Source: Chrysochromulina tobinii
Taxonomy: Eukaryota
Direction of reading: 5' to 3'
Assembly: GCA_001275005.1 (NCBI GenBank)
Contig: JWZX01002894.1
Location: 1-49,344, forward strand
Length of the DNA stretch: 49,344 nt
The notes beneath the pieces are model-generated. The model saw only the letters and a program-made list of their open reading frames with translations. It had not been told where the DNA came from and did not search any database. Positions 9,369 to 20,100 of this stretch are shown piece after piece (position 1 is the stretch's first letter; every line of letters starts with the position of its first letter). The translations under genes were made by a program, and so were the position numbers.

Positions 9369-12300
9369 ATGCTGACCAAGTTTGAGACCAAATCCAACCG
9401 CGTCAAGGGCCTCGCCTTCCACCCCAACCGGCCGTGGGTGCTCGCGTCGCTGCACAATGGCGTCGTGCAGCTGTGGGACTACCGGATGGGCACGCTCCTC
9501 GAGCGGTTCGACGAGCATGACGGACCGGTGCGGGGCGTGTGCTTCCACCCGTCGCAGCCGCTCTTCGTCACCGGCGGCGACGACTACAAGATCAAGGTGT
9601 GGAACTACAAGCTGCGCCGGTGCCTCTTCTCGCTGCTCGGCCACCTTGACTACATCCGGACTGTGCAGTTTCACCCGGAGCACCCGTGGATCGTGTCGGC
9701 GTCGGATGACCAGACGATCCGCATCTGGAACTGGCAGACGCGCGCGTGCGCCTCCGTCCTCACCGGTCACAACCACTACGTCATGTGCGCGCAATTCCAC
9801 CCGAAGGACGACCTCGTGCTCTCGGCGTCGCTCGACCAGACAGTGCGCGTGTGGGACATCTCGGGCCTGCGCAAGAAGCTGCTTCCGAACACGGTGACGG
9901 CCGAGGAGCGCACGGCCGCCGCCGCCCCGGCCGACTCTGGTGGGCCGAGCACGCCCGGCTCACTCTCCTCCAAGCTGGGTAAGGCCATGCCTAACGTCAA
10001 GGTCGAGGACCTCTTTGGCGGCAACGACGCGACCGTTAAGTACGTGCTCGAAGGACACGACCGCGGCGTGAACTGGGCCAACTTCCACCACTCGCTGCCG
10101 CTCATCGTCTCGGGCGCCGACGACCGCCAGGTCAAGCTCTGGCGCATGAATGAGACCAAGGCGTGGGAGGTGGACACGCTGCGCGGGCACATCAACAACG
10201 TGTCGTGTGCCCTTTTCCATCCGAAGCAGGAACTGATCGTGTCCAACTCGGAGGACAAGTCGATCCGCGTGTGGGACATGTCGAAGCGGCAGGGCGTGCA
10301 GACCTTCCGGCGCGAGCACGACCGCTTCTGGATCCTTGCCGCGCATCCCGACTCCAACCTGCTCGCCGCGGGCCACGACGGGGGCATGATCGTCTTCAAG
10401 CTCGAGCGCGAGCGTCCCGCGTTCACGCACTTGGGGGCGGGCGTGCTCTTCCTCAAGGACCGGTACGTGCGTATGTACGAGTACGGCTCGTCCAAGGAGA
10501 CCCTTCTCATGTGCATCCGCCGCCCCGCCACCTCGGGCTCCGCCGTCGCGCGCTCGGTGCACTACAACGAGCCGGAGGCGATGCTCCTCGTCTCCCTCGA
10601 TGCCGAGGGTGGCTCGTACGAGCTATACCACGTGACCAAGGACGCCGCGGGCGGCGGCGAGGTGGCGGGCGACTGCAAGCGCGGCCTGGGCACCTCGGCC
10701 GTCTTCGTCGCGCGCCAGCGCTTTGCGGTCCTAGACAAGAACCGTCAGATCCTCATCAAGAACTTCCAAAACGAGGTGACCAAAAAGTGCCCGCCCCCGC
10801 ACGCGTCGTGCGACATGCTCTTCGCGGCGGGCACGGGCTCGCTGCTCTGCCGGTCCGAGGAGCGCATCTCGCTCTTCGACATCCAGCAGCGCAAGGCCGT
10901 AGGCGAGGTGAGCGGCCCCGCCGTCAAGTACGTTGTCTGGTCAGCCGACGGCTCGCACGTGGCTCTCCTCGCAAAGAACCATCTCACCATCTGCAACCGC
11001 AAGCTCGAGCAGCTCTGCTCGATCCACGACATGGTCCGGATCAAGAGCGGCGCGTGGGACGGGAACGACATCTTCTACTTCACCACGCTCAACCACCTCA
11101 AGTACCTGTTGCCCAACGGCGACAGCGGCATCATCCGCACGCTCGAGGTTCCGCTGTATCTCTCGTCCGCGAGCGCGGGCACCTTGCACTGCCTCGACCG
11201 CGAGGGCAAGGTCAAGAAGCTCGTCATCGATTCGACCGAGTGCCACTTCAAGCTCTGCCTGCACAAGAAGGAGTTTGACAAGGTGGTGCGCATCATCAAG
11301 CAGGCCAAACTCGGCGGCCATGCCATCATCGCCTACCTGCAGAAGAAGGGCTACCCGCAGGTCGCTCTCCACTTCGTGCAAGACGAGCAGACGCGCTTCA
11401 ACCTGGCAGTCGAGTGCGGCAACATCGACGTGGCGCTCGCGGCCGCGGGCGCGCTCGACACTAAGGACAATTGGCAGAGGCTCGGCGCCGAGGCGCTCAA
11501 GCAGGGCAACCACCAGATCGTCGAGATGGCCTACCAGCGCACCAAGGACATGGAGCGCCTCTCCTTCCTCTACTTGATCACGGGCAACATCGACAAGCTT
11601 CGCAAGATGCTCAAGATCGCCGAGATGCAGTCGAACACGATGAGCCGCTTCCACAACGCGCTCTACCTGGGCGACGTCGAGCAGCGCGTGGCGCTGCTGC
11701 AGGAGGTAGGCCACCTGCCCCTCGCGTACCTGACTGCCTCGACGCACGGGCTGACGGAGCTCGCCGCGGGGCTCGCCGCGAAGCTTGAGGCGGCCGGGCT
11801 GCCGCTGCCAGAGCCGCTCGTTGCCGAGGCGAGCTTGCTCTATCCACCCCTGCCGATCCTGCGCGAATCCAACTGGCCGCTGCTCACCGTGTCGAAGGAT
11901 GCCATCTCGACGATCGGCAAGGAGGGCGGCGAGAGTGGCGGCGTGGGCGGCGGCCTTCTGGCGGATACCATCGACGTCGATGGGGGCGCCGGCTGGGGCG
12001 ACGATCTCGACCTCGATCTCGACGGGAAACCCGCTGCGACGGGTGACGATCCTTTTGGAGGCGCCGACACCGACGCCTCGCCGGGCGAGGCGGGCGGCGG
12101 CGGCTGGGGCGACGATCTCGAGCTCGATCTCGGCGACGTGCCCGACGTGCCCACGGCGGGCGGCGGTGCGGCCGCCGCCACCAGCGGCGGCATGGGCGGG
12201 GGCAAATACTACGTGGCGCCGACGGCGGGCCTGCCGGCAGTCGCCAAGTGGTCACGCGACTCAACCCTCGCCGCGGACCACGTGGCGGCTGGCTCGTTTG

Positions 12301-13142
12301 AGAGTGCGATGCAGCTGATGCGCCGCCAGCTCGGCATCGTAGACTTCAAGCCGCTCAAGCCCTATTTCTTGGCGCTCGCATCGTCGAGCCACGGCGTGGC
12401 GCCGGGCGTGCCTTCGGCACCCTCGCTGCTCGCGCCGCTGCTGCGCGGCGGCGGCGGGCCTCGCCTCTGCACCACGCTGCCCGGCCTCGTCGAGAAGGTC
12501 AAGGCCGCGTACGCGCACGTGACCGCGGGCAAGTTCCAGGAAGCGCTCGATGCCTTCCTCGTCATCCTCTACTCAGCGACTCTCACCGTGGCGGAGAGCC
12601 GGCAGCAGGTAGGAGAGCTCAAGGAGCTGCTCTCGATCTGCACAGAGTACCTCACTGCGCTCCGGCTCGAGCTCGCCAAGGGCAACGTGACCGACAACAA
12701 GCGCAAGATGGAGCTCGCGGCGTACTTTACGCACTGTAACCTGTCGCCCGCACACACGCTGCTCTCGCTACGATCGGCGATGACAATGGCATACAAGCTC
12801 AAGCTGATGAAGTCGGCGGGCGCCTTTGCGCGTCGTTTGCTCGAGCTCAACCCCAAGCCTGACATCGCCACCACGGCGCGCAAGATCGTGCAGGTCGCCG
12901 AGACCACCCCGACGGACGAGTTTCCATACGCGTACGATGAGCGCAACCCATTCGTCATCTGCGCGGCGGACCTCGTCCCCATCTACCGGGGCTCGCCGCT
13001 CGTGCGCTGCACGCTGTGCAAGGCCAACTACACGCCCAAGTACAAGGGGTCCAAGTGCCAAAACTGCCTGATCGGCGAGGTGGGCGGCGATGCGCAGGGG
13101 CTGGACGAGAGCGCCTGCCTCTCACGCGTCAACTTGGACTAA
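9369..13142 (+). CDS. COPA: Coatomer subunit alpha (1257 aa, intronless)
   Basis: Canonical N-terminus MLTKFETKSNRVKGLAFHP, WD40 repeats, alpha-solenoid, acidic GGWGDDLDL linker and C-terminal YDERNPFVICA...C..C zinc region. Confidence 0.99.
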   Translation: MLTKFETKSNRVKGLAFHPNRPWVLASLHNGVVQLWDYRMGTLLERFDEHDGPVRGVCFHPSQPLFVTGGDDYKIKVWNYKLRRCLFSLLGHLDYIRTVQFHPEHPWIVSASDDQTIRIWNWQTRACASVLTGHNHYVMCAQFHPKDDLVLSASLDQTVRVWDISGLRKKLLPNTVTAEERTAAAAPADSGGPSTPGSLSSKLGKAMPNVKVEDLFGGNDATVKYVLEGHDRGVNWANFHHSLPLIVSGADDRQVKLWRMNETKAWEVDTLRGHINNVSCALFHPKQELIVSNSEDKSIRVWDMSKRQGVQTFRREHDRFWILAAHPDSNLLAAGHDGGMIVFKLERERPAFTHLGAGVLFLKDRYVRMYEYGSSKETLLMCIRRPATSGSAVARSVHYNEPEAMLLVSLDAEGGSYELYHVTKDAAGGGEVAGDCKRGLGTSAVFVARQRFAVLDKNRQILIKNFQNEVTKKCPPPHASCDMLFAAGTGSLLCRSEERISLFDIQQRKAVGEVSGPAVKYVVWSADGSHVALLAKNHLTICNRKLEQLCSIHDMVRIKSGAWDGNDIFYFTTLNHLKYLLPNGDSGIIRTLEVPLYLSSASAGTLHCLDREGKVKKLVIDSTECHFKLCLHKKEFDKVVRIIKQAKLGGHAIIAYLQKKGYPQVALHFVQDEQTRFNLAVECGNIDVALAAAGALDTKDNWQRLGAEALKQGNHQIVEMAYQRTKDMERLSFLYLITGNIDKLRKMLKIAEMQSNTMSRFHNALYLGDVEQRVALLQEVGHLPLAYLTASTHGLTELAAGLAAKLEAAGLPLPEPLVAEASLLYPPLPILRESNWPLLTVSKDAISTIGKEGGESGGVGGGLLADTIDVDGGAGWGDDLDLDLDGKPAATGDDPFGGADTDASPGEAGGGGWGDDLELDLGDVPDVPTAGGGAAAATSGGMGGGKYYVAPTAGLPAVAKWSRDSTLAADHVAAGSFESAMQLMRRQLGIVDFKPLKPYFLALASSSHGVAPGVPSAPSLLAPLLRGGGGPRLCTTLPGLVEKVKAAYAHVTAGKFQEALDAFLVILYSATLTVAESRQQVGELKELLSICTEYLTALRLELAKGNVTDNKRKMELAAYFTHCNLSPAHTLLSLRSAMTMAYKLKLMKSAGAFARRLLELNPKPDIATTARKIVQVAETTPTDEFPYAYDERNPFVICAADLVPIYRGSPLVRCTLCKANYTPKYKGSKCQNCLIGEVGGDAQGLDESACLSRVNLD

Positions 13143-13592
13143 GAGGCGTACGTACGAAGGGGCGGCCATGCGCGCCACACGGTGCGCCGTGTCGCGCGCG
13201 CGTGCCGCGACGAAGTCGTGGTGAGCCTAGTGGCGTGCGCTCTGCCCGCAACCTTGCTCCCTCCCCCCTTCAGCCGTGACGGACGTGACGAGGACACTGT
13301 GCAGTCGGGCATGGGCGGCGGGCGTTGTGCCGGGCGACGACTCTGGTCTCTGGAAGCGCCCATGCGTGTTTCGATATCATGTGTCTTGTCGATGAGATGT
13401 GCGCGTGCGGTTAGTCTTTTATATACTTGGACCAATTCTGAAACAACGTAAGCTGGGGGGCTAGTGCATACGGCGGAGATACACGTTGGCGACGATCCGT
13501 TGGCGGTTTCGGGTTATCCGGTTGCCCGGCGCGTGGCCTCTGTCCACCGCGTCCACGGGTGTAGGACGCGCCGGTTGGCAGGCCGGGCGCGG

Positions 13593-14765
13593 CTAGCCGT
13601 TGGTGAGCTCGAGCGCGTCGTAATGGACGCCGCCGCCGTAGAGCACGCGCACGGCGCGGCTCGAGGCGCCGCCGGGCCCCTCGAAGCAGCTGATGCGCTT
13701 GTAACCGCCCCCACTTTGCTGATAGACGTACACGTTCACCCCCTTGAGGTGGGAGGCGGCCGCCATCTCGACGCCGCCGCCCCACACGCCCTGGCTCTTC
13801 ATCTTGGCGCAGTAGTCGCTCACCGACGTGCCGGAGTCCCACAGAATCCATTCCTTGAGGGGAGAGTCGGCGATCTCGAGGGTCGGGTGCTCGTTGATGA
13901 AGTTGCAAATGTCGCGCCGGAGCGAGCTCGCCGAGCTACCGTCGCGCAGACCGTGTGCCATCGAGTGGAAGAGACATGCTCCGTCGCCCGGTTGGCGCAC
14001 GACGCGCGCGAGGCTAGACTTGAGGATCTCTACAGGCCCCGAGGCCATCCCGAGGAGCTTCTTCTCACTCGCGCGTCGCGCGTCCGGATGGTTGTCCCGC
14101 TCCTTCTTGAAATGGGGACACCTGTCGGTAGGGTGTTTGCCATCACACTTGTCGCACTTGACGGCGGCGGCGCCGCCACCGCCGCTGTTGGCGTGGCTGC
14201 TGCTGCTGCTGCTGCTGCTGCTGGGGGCGGGGGGGGCTGCCTCCTCGACCGGTTCGCACACGGGAGAAGCGGACCGGGAAGCGCGGTGGTACTTGCTCAG
14301 GTCGACTGCGCTGCTGCTGCTGCTGCTGCTGCTACTGCCTACGGCGCCGCCGGTGGGGGAGGGCGCCACGTCCATCGCCAGCGACGGAGCGGACGGCATC
14401 GTAGGCGGCGAGGCGACTGGCGTTCGTGTGGCACGCGGCCGCGTTGCCAGGGCCGATTCCAACTTGCTCGTGCCGAGCAATCCTCTGCTGCCGCCCGTTG
14501 GCCGGATCTGCGGGCGGCTGCCTCCGATCAACTCACGGCCGGAGAAACTGTTGACGGGCTGACGCGCCATAGCGAGCGTGACGCCCCCATCGCGTGCGCC
14601 GCCGCGCAACGAGGCCACCGAGCGCTCCATGGTGGTTGGCGGAGTGGCCCTCCTCCCGCTGCCACCAGCTGGAGCGGTCGGCTTGGCGGTGGGCCGCGAG
14701 GCGGGCCAGCCGGGGGAGAGAGGCGTCTGGTTGCGTGACATAGTCCCCCCCAGCTTCGGAAGCAT
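13593..14765 (-). CDS. OTU-domain cysteine protease (deubiquitinase-like) with a small CxxC..H..C knuckle
   Basis: QPGDGACLFHS (catalytic D/C), WGGGVEM and GVHYDAL (catalytic H). CDKCDGKHPTDRCPH lies upstream; the N-terminus is disordered with poly-Ser. Confidence 0.9.
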   Translation of the reverse strand: MLPKLGGTMSRNQTPLSPGWPASRPTAKPTAPAGGSGRRATPPTTMERSVASLRGGARDGGVTLAMARQPVNSFSGRELIGGSRPQIRPTGGSRGLLGTSKLESALATRPRATRTPVASPPTMPSAPSLAMDVAPSPTGGAVGSSSSSSSSSAVDLSKYHRASRSASPVCEPVEEAAPPAPSSSSSSSSSHANSGGGGAAAVKCDKCDGKHPTDRCPHFKKERDNHPDARRASEKKLLGMASGPVEILKSSLARVVRQPGDGACLFHSMAHGLRDGSSASSLRRDICNFINEHPTLEIADSPLKEWILWDSGTSVSDYCAKMKSQGVWGGGVEMAAASHLKGVNVYVYQQSGGGYKRISCFEGPGGASSRAVRVLYGGGVHYDALELTNG

Positions 14766-15413
14766 CCCGTCTGCTCAGCAGAAAGAGCAGCCTAGCCGCC
14801 CTCGGATGGCCCTGCACACCTCGTTGAAGACAAGGCGTGAATAGAGGGGTCTGGGGATGAACTTGTACTGTTCGGAGCCCCCCCGAATCTACTGACCGTC
14901 GGCGCGGCCGCAAGCACGAGCACGCAGCACCGAATGCAACCGACGGTCCTGTGATGTCAGCTTGACCCAAGGGGGAGTGGTCTACTATTTTTCATGTTTA
15001 TAAGGCCCCACCCCTACACCTGTTTGGGAATTGAATGCAGGGACGAGGTTCACGCATCACCGATCACGGACCGGGTTCAGCTTCGCCTTCGGGCGGCCGT
15101 TCAGGTCGCGGACGAGGGAGCGGACGTTGAGCGCGTACCGTACGACTACGGCGTCCCGGTCGGTACGGGTTAGAGAAAAACGCGCGCATGAATATGTTCT
15201 ATCGCCATTCAAATAAGGGAATGGTGTGAGACCTTGCACCGTGCTCAGACTACACCTCTCGCATACTGCTCAGCACGAGGACTCCACACATGCATGATCA
15301 ACGGGCAGCGCTCGCCCCCTCACAGGCGGCTCCCGCGGGTGGCTGCACTCTGGGCTGCGGCTGCTGCTGCTCCCATCCCCCTGACCGCCGCAACCTAGTT
15401 GGGCTCCCTGCGC

Positions 15414-15998
15414 TTACTCGTCCTCGAAGCGGGTTCCGCCGATCGAGTCGGGCTGGCGGAAGGTGGTCGCGGTGCCCTGCGCATCGCTCTGGATGTAGAG
15501 CGTCACCAGGGAGACGACGGGGATGAAGAGGCCGAGGATGACCGCAAGGAAAGCCGCGAAGGAGACATCCAGACCAACGGTGCCACCATCAACGGCGACG
15601 ACACCCGCGAGCGTGGTCGAGACCTGCTCGACCACCGAATACTCCATGCTCATCTGCGGCGCCATCTTGGACATGGCAACCTTGCTGCGGAGCGCCGGCG
15701 CCGCAGCCGGCGCGAACGCCTCGACAGCGGCGGCGAGGAAGGCGACAGCGGTAACTGCGGCAGCAACGTGCGGGCGGGCGTGAGCCACGGAGAGGCGACA
15801 CAGATGTTCCAGGAGGCGACAGAGCAGAAACCTCGCAGCTGCCACATAGCGGGCAGCTTCTGCGCGTGGCATTGAACGCCACTGCCTGACGCAGCACGCA
15901 CGCTGCGTGCATAGCCCGCCGCTCCCGCACCCGGCGCGCAGCCTTCTAGGCACGGTCGTGAGACAGGGCTCGGTGTGGCGCGCACCGAGGCGAGCCAT
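15414..15998 (-). CDS. psbM: Nucleus-encoded photosystem II PsbM with bipartite plastid leader (117 aa)
   Basis: Exons 15998-15986 and 15754-15414; intron GTGCGC...CCGCAG, 231 nt. Spliced N-terminus MARLVTAVAFLAAAVEA-FAP; single TM LDVSFAAFLAVILGLFIPVVSLVTLYIQS resembling PsbM. Confidence 0.82.
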   Translation of the reverse strand: MARLGARHTEPCLTTVPRRLRAGCGSGGLCTQRACCVRQWRSMPRAEAARYVAAARFLLCRLLEHLCRLSVAHARPHVAAAVTAVAFLAAAVEAFAPAAAPALRSKVAMSKMAPQMSMEYSVVEQVSTTLAGVVAVDGGTVGLDVSFAAFLAVILGLFIPVVSLVTLYIQSDAQGTATTFRQPDSIGGTRFEDE

Positions 15999-16162
15999 GG
16001 GCGAGATCTGAGCTAGGAGGTTGAGCAATTTGGTCCGTCACAACTTTCTCGACACAAACCTGCACGCAAGCGAACTGGTCCGTAGGGTGCAGAAAGCACG
16101 GTCGTGTCCCCACACGAGAAGTTTGTTCCCAACTCCATTTTAATTTGCTGTGAACCGCGAGA

Positions 16163-16897
16163 ATGGCGACGGTCAAAGGACAGCTCCGCTCGGACGTGGT
16201 GCTGGCCCTCGAGCACGTGAACGCGCAGGAGCTGCGCGTGCAGGGGGCGCGTCGCACCATGGCGCTGCACAATCAGCTCGCGGATAACACCGCCACTACG
16301 CGGAGCACGGAGGTGCGCACGCTGCAGCATCTAGAGGCGAGCATGGCGGAGCTCCAGTCTGCACTCGGGTCGCTGCGCGCCTTCCAGCAGCGGCAACAGT
16401 GCGAGACCGCAATCGAGCGGCTCCATGCGATCATACAGGAGGATCGCGAGCAACGCCTGCGCTCCGAGAGCCTCTTTGAAAGGATGCTCGCCGACGATGT
16501 CGCCGCCTTCCGAAAGGATCTTCTCCTCGAAGGCGACGAGCGGCGTGCGAAAGAGGAGATGCTCGGGCGCCTTGCCAGCGAGGTGGCAATGACGGTGCGC
16601 GCGGAGCTTGCTCAAGAGCGGCGCTCTCGGCACGACGTCTTGGCACACCTCGACGTCTTGGCACAGAGCAGGTCACCGCCAAGACGGTCACCACCGAGAC
16701 GGTCACCGCCAGGTCACCGCTATGAGCAGCGCCAGCATGCCAAGGTGCTCTCGGCGGGTAGCGGCGCGTCGTGGCGAGTGGATGCTGCGGTGCGGCGAGT
16801 GGATCCTGCGGCGCACTCGCCGGGTGGTGGCTTGCCGTGGCGGGTGGACGGGCATCAGACGCACCGATCGACCGGCCTGGAAGGGTTTCAAAGGTGA
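16163..16897 (+). CDS. Coiled-coil protein, possibly SF-assemblin/beta-giardin-like
   Basis: 244-aa ORF with repeated helical E-R-x-x-R-x-x-x-E pattern (IQEDREQRLRSE, EGDERRAKEE, AQERRSR) and three SPPRR-like 15-nt repeats near 16670-16716. The family call is by resemblance only. Confidence 0.55.
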   Translation: MATVKGQLRSDVVLALEHVNAQELRVQGARRTMALHNQLADNTATTRSTEVRTLQHLEASMAELQSALGSLRAFQQRQQCETAIERLHAIIQEDREQRLRSESLFERMLADDVAAFRKDLLLEGDERRAKEEMLGRLASEVAMTVRAELAQERRSRHDVLAHLDVLAQSRSPPRRSPPRRSPPGHRYEQRQHAKVLSAGSGASWRVDAAVRRVDPAAHSPGGGLPWRVDGHQTHRSTGLEGFQR

Positions 16898-17124
16898 GGC
16901 CCAATAAGGATTCGGGTTCGCCTGTCTAAATGTTGACTTGACTGCTCTTGACTTGAACTTGGCCACAACTTTCGCCTCTTTCTCTTCACGCGATGGCACA
17001 CTGCTGCCTCTCCCTCTCTGTGCCATGTGAGATGGCACACTGCACGTGCAGCCGTACTGCACAGCGTAGCACGTGGCGCCTCCGCGGGCGCTGGAGGCCG
17101 CTGCGGCAGCGAACCACGGCGCGA

Positions 17125-20100
17125 ATGGGGGCGCCGGCGGCAGCGCCTACACTTCAGCAGCCACCCGACTTGGGCGAGGCCCTCCGTCCGCGCCCTCCGC
17201 CGCTGCCTACCACGCCTGAGCAGAAGCTGGCCAACCTCTTTCGTACTACGGACGGCCAGCCGGTGCGCACGATCACGCACCAAAAGAACATTGGCAGCGA
17301 TGGATCGAAGCACAAGGCGCGCGCGCTCCTCCTGGACCCGCTCGCACTCGGCGGCTCAACGCCGGCCGAGGGTGTCGACACAACGCTCATGAAGCTCGTG
17401 TTCGGCCTCTCGTTCCTCGCGTGGAGCGAGTACGGCCTGCGGCAGATGCTCGACCGCCGGTGGTGCGACGCGTACGCGGCTGCCGCACGCCACATTGCCG
17501 CGGTTGCCAGCTCGGGCCGCGAGCCGCACGACGGTGGCCCATGCCGCGTGTGCGTGCTTGGGCTGGGCGGATGCATTCCGGCGCTCGTTGCAGCTCAGTC
17601 GGGGTGCAGCGTGCTGTGGGTGGAGCGGATCGCGCGCTTCGAGGAGGTAGCGCGCGCACTCGTGGCGCGCAACCATCTCGAGGCGCACGTGAGGACCGTT
17701 CGTGTCAAGGGTTGGGCCGAGGCTGTTGACACGCACGTTCACTCTGGGTCGGCGCCGGCGAGGCGCTTCGACGCCGTCATCACCGACGAGGTGAGCGAAG
17801 ATCTCCTCGGCGAGATGAGATCTCGATGAGCGCTACTGAACGGCCCTTGAGTGCCACTGGGTGGCAGGTGAGCGACGATCTCCTCGCCGATGGGATTCTT
17901 TCCCTCGCGCGCCATGCCCACATGCACCTGCTACGTCGAGGTGGCCGCTTCGTGCCTGCACGCGCACACCTCTTCGTAGCCCTCGGCTCTGTCCGAGTGG
18001 GCGAGTGCAGCGGCTTCGATTTGAGCGCATTCAATGCGTTCCGCTCCAATGAGCAGGTGCGCGTCTCGCGGGGCCACTGATTTGAGAAATCGCCGTTTGT
18101 GGCCAGAGATGGGCGCAGATGGGCATTCATAAAGTTTACCACTGATAACCTATGGTCACCACTGATTGTGAGTGCCACGCAGGCTTGGGCAGACCTCGAG
18201 CACCTGGCAGCCACCGACAGCTTCGGCAAGCAGCATGCAGCCATGCTCTCGGCGCCCATGCCCGTGATGAGCTTCGACTTTTCGTCACTTGCGGCGCTGC
18301 CGCCCGCGAGCCGTTCGGTGGCGCTCGATGTGCCCGCGACGGCGTCTGGCATCCTCAACTGCGTCACGTTCTGGTGGGTGCCGATTGGGGCGAGGATGTG
18401 CCCAGAACAGCGCGTGGGCCCTGATTGCGCTGCGCCCCGGTGGCAGGTACGAGCTCGATTTGGGAGAGGGTGTGCCCACGATAGCGCTCGGCCCCGATTG
18501 GACTGCGCCGCGATGCTTTGAGACGCGGGCACGACGGCAGCAGCTGCGCTATCTCAAGTACGAGCGGGCGCTCGACGAGGGTGAGAGGGTACGTGCATGC
18601 ACTGCTTGCCACTCATGGACGCGGTTCGTCAATGAGTGTCAGTGATGGCCACCGATGGCCACCGATGGCCACCGATGGCCACCGATGACTCCTGATGGCA
18701 TCTGATGGCATCTGATGGCCTCTGATGGCCTCTGAATGGCCTCTGAATGACTCGTGATGACTCCCGATGGCAGGTGCGCGTGGTGCTAACACACGATGAG
18801 ATGGCCATCCACGTCGACGTTCCCTTGGACGCCGAGGCGGAGGCAACCGGTCGCCTCGTCCGTTGGCCTTCGGTCAATGTGCTCGCATACCACTTCCCCA
18901 TGATCGCGGATGAGGGGCGCAATCAGGCCTTCGACCTCGCGCTCACGCAGGCGGTCGCACGCTTCAAGGAAAGACACGGCGGCACACCCCCGCGGGTGCT
19001 TGACATTGGGTCTGGCTCTGGATTGCTCGCGATGATGGCGGCGCGTGCGGGCGCGATGGAGGTACGCGGGTGCTCGGTTTGAGAAGGGGGCCACTCAGTG
19101 ATTGCCCCTGATGGGCACCGATTGCCCTTGATGGGCACCGATTACCGCTGATGACAGGTGCACTCACTCCAGGTGGTCCCTTGATTACCCTTTCAGTACC
19201 CTTTCAGTACCCTTAAGTACCCTTGAGTACCCTTGATGGCAGGTGCACTCACTCGAGATGGTCCCTGCGCTCGCGGCCGCCGCCAAGCACATCATCGCGC
19301 AGAATGGGTACGCGGATCGCGTGAGTATCCATGGCATCATGTCGACGGATCTCAAGCCGTCCGACGTGGGTGGCCTGTTCGATCTCCTCGTGTGCGAGAT
19401 TGTGGATGATCAACTGCTAGGCGAAGGGGTCCTCACCACGATCGCGGACGCGCGCCGACGACTGCTCAGCCCGAACGCAGCTATCATCCCCTGCGGCGCC
19501 TCCGTCTTCGCGCTGCCCGTCCAGATGCGTATTGGCACACGCGCGGGGCTGGCCCTCGACGACCTGAACCTGTTCTCAACGGACATGGCCTTCGCACCGC
19601 GTGCGCACACGGGGTGCAAGCTGCAGCACTGGCCGCCCGACGAGCACGTGCGCCTCGCGCCGCCGCTGCGCCTCTTCGAATTCGACTTTGCCCACACGCC
19701 CATCGACGAGCTTGCATGCAGCCGCTCGGCGCCGGAGCTGTCCGTGACGTTTGAGCGGGACGGGCTGCTCACCGCCTTTTTGATCTACTTTGAATTGCAT
19801 GCGGACCGCATGCATCGCTTCTCCAACGGGCCGCACCAGCCGCGCCTCGTCGCGTGGGACCAGTCGGTGCGCTACCTGCCCATCGAAGTGCGTGTGCGCG
19901 CGGGGCAGCGTGTGGCTGTGAGTGCGTACCACGACTACGAGGCCGTGCGAGTGGGGGTGCCCCATCTGACGCCCGACATGGTGGCCGGATGCGTGGGGCA
20001 CACGGAGGTCATGGGAGCTGCGCTGCAACTCGAGCAGCGCAAGCAGCTGGAGCAGATGCAGATGGGATCTCGAGTTTCGTGCGCTGCTTCGAAGGTTTCG

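Noticed and set aside
14990..15240. Possible structured ncRNA in the OTU-psbM intergenic region
   Set aside because: Short stems are present, but no tRNA, snRNA or snoRNA signature could be identified by eye.
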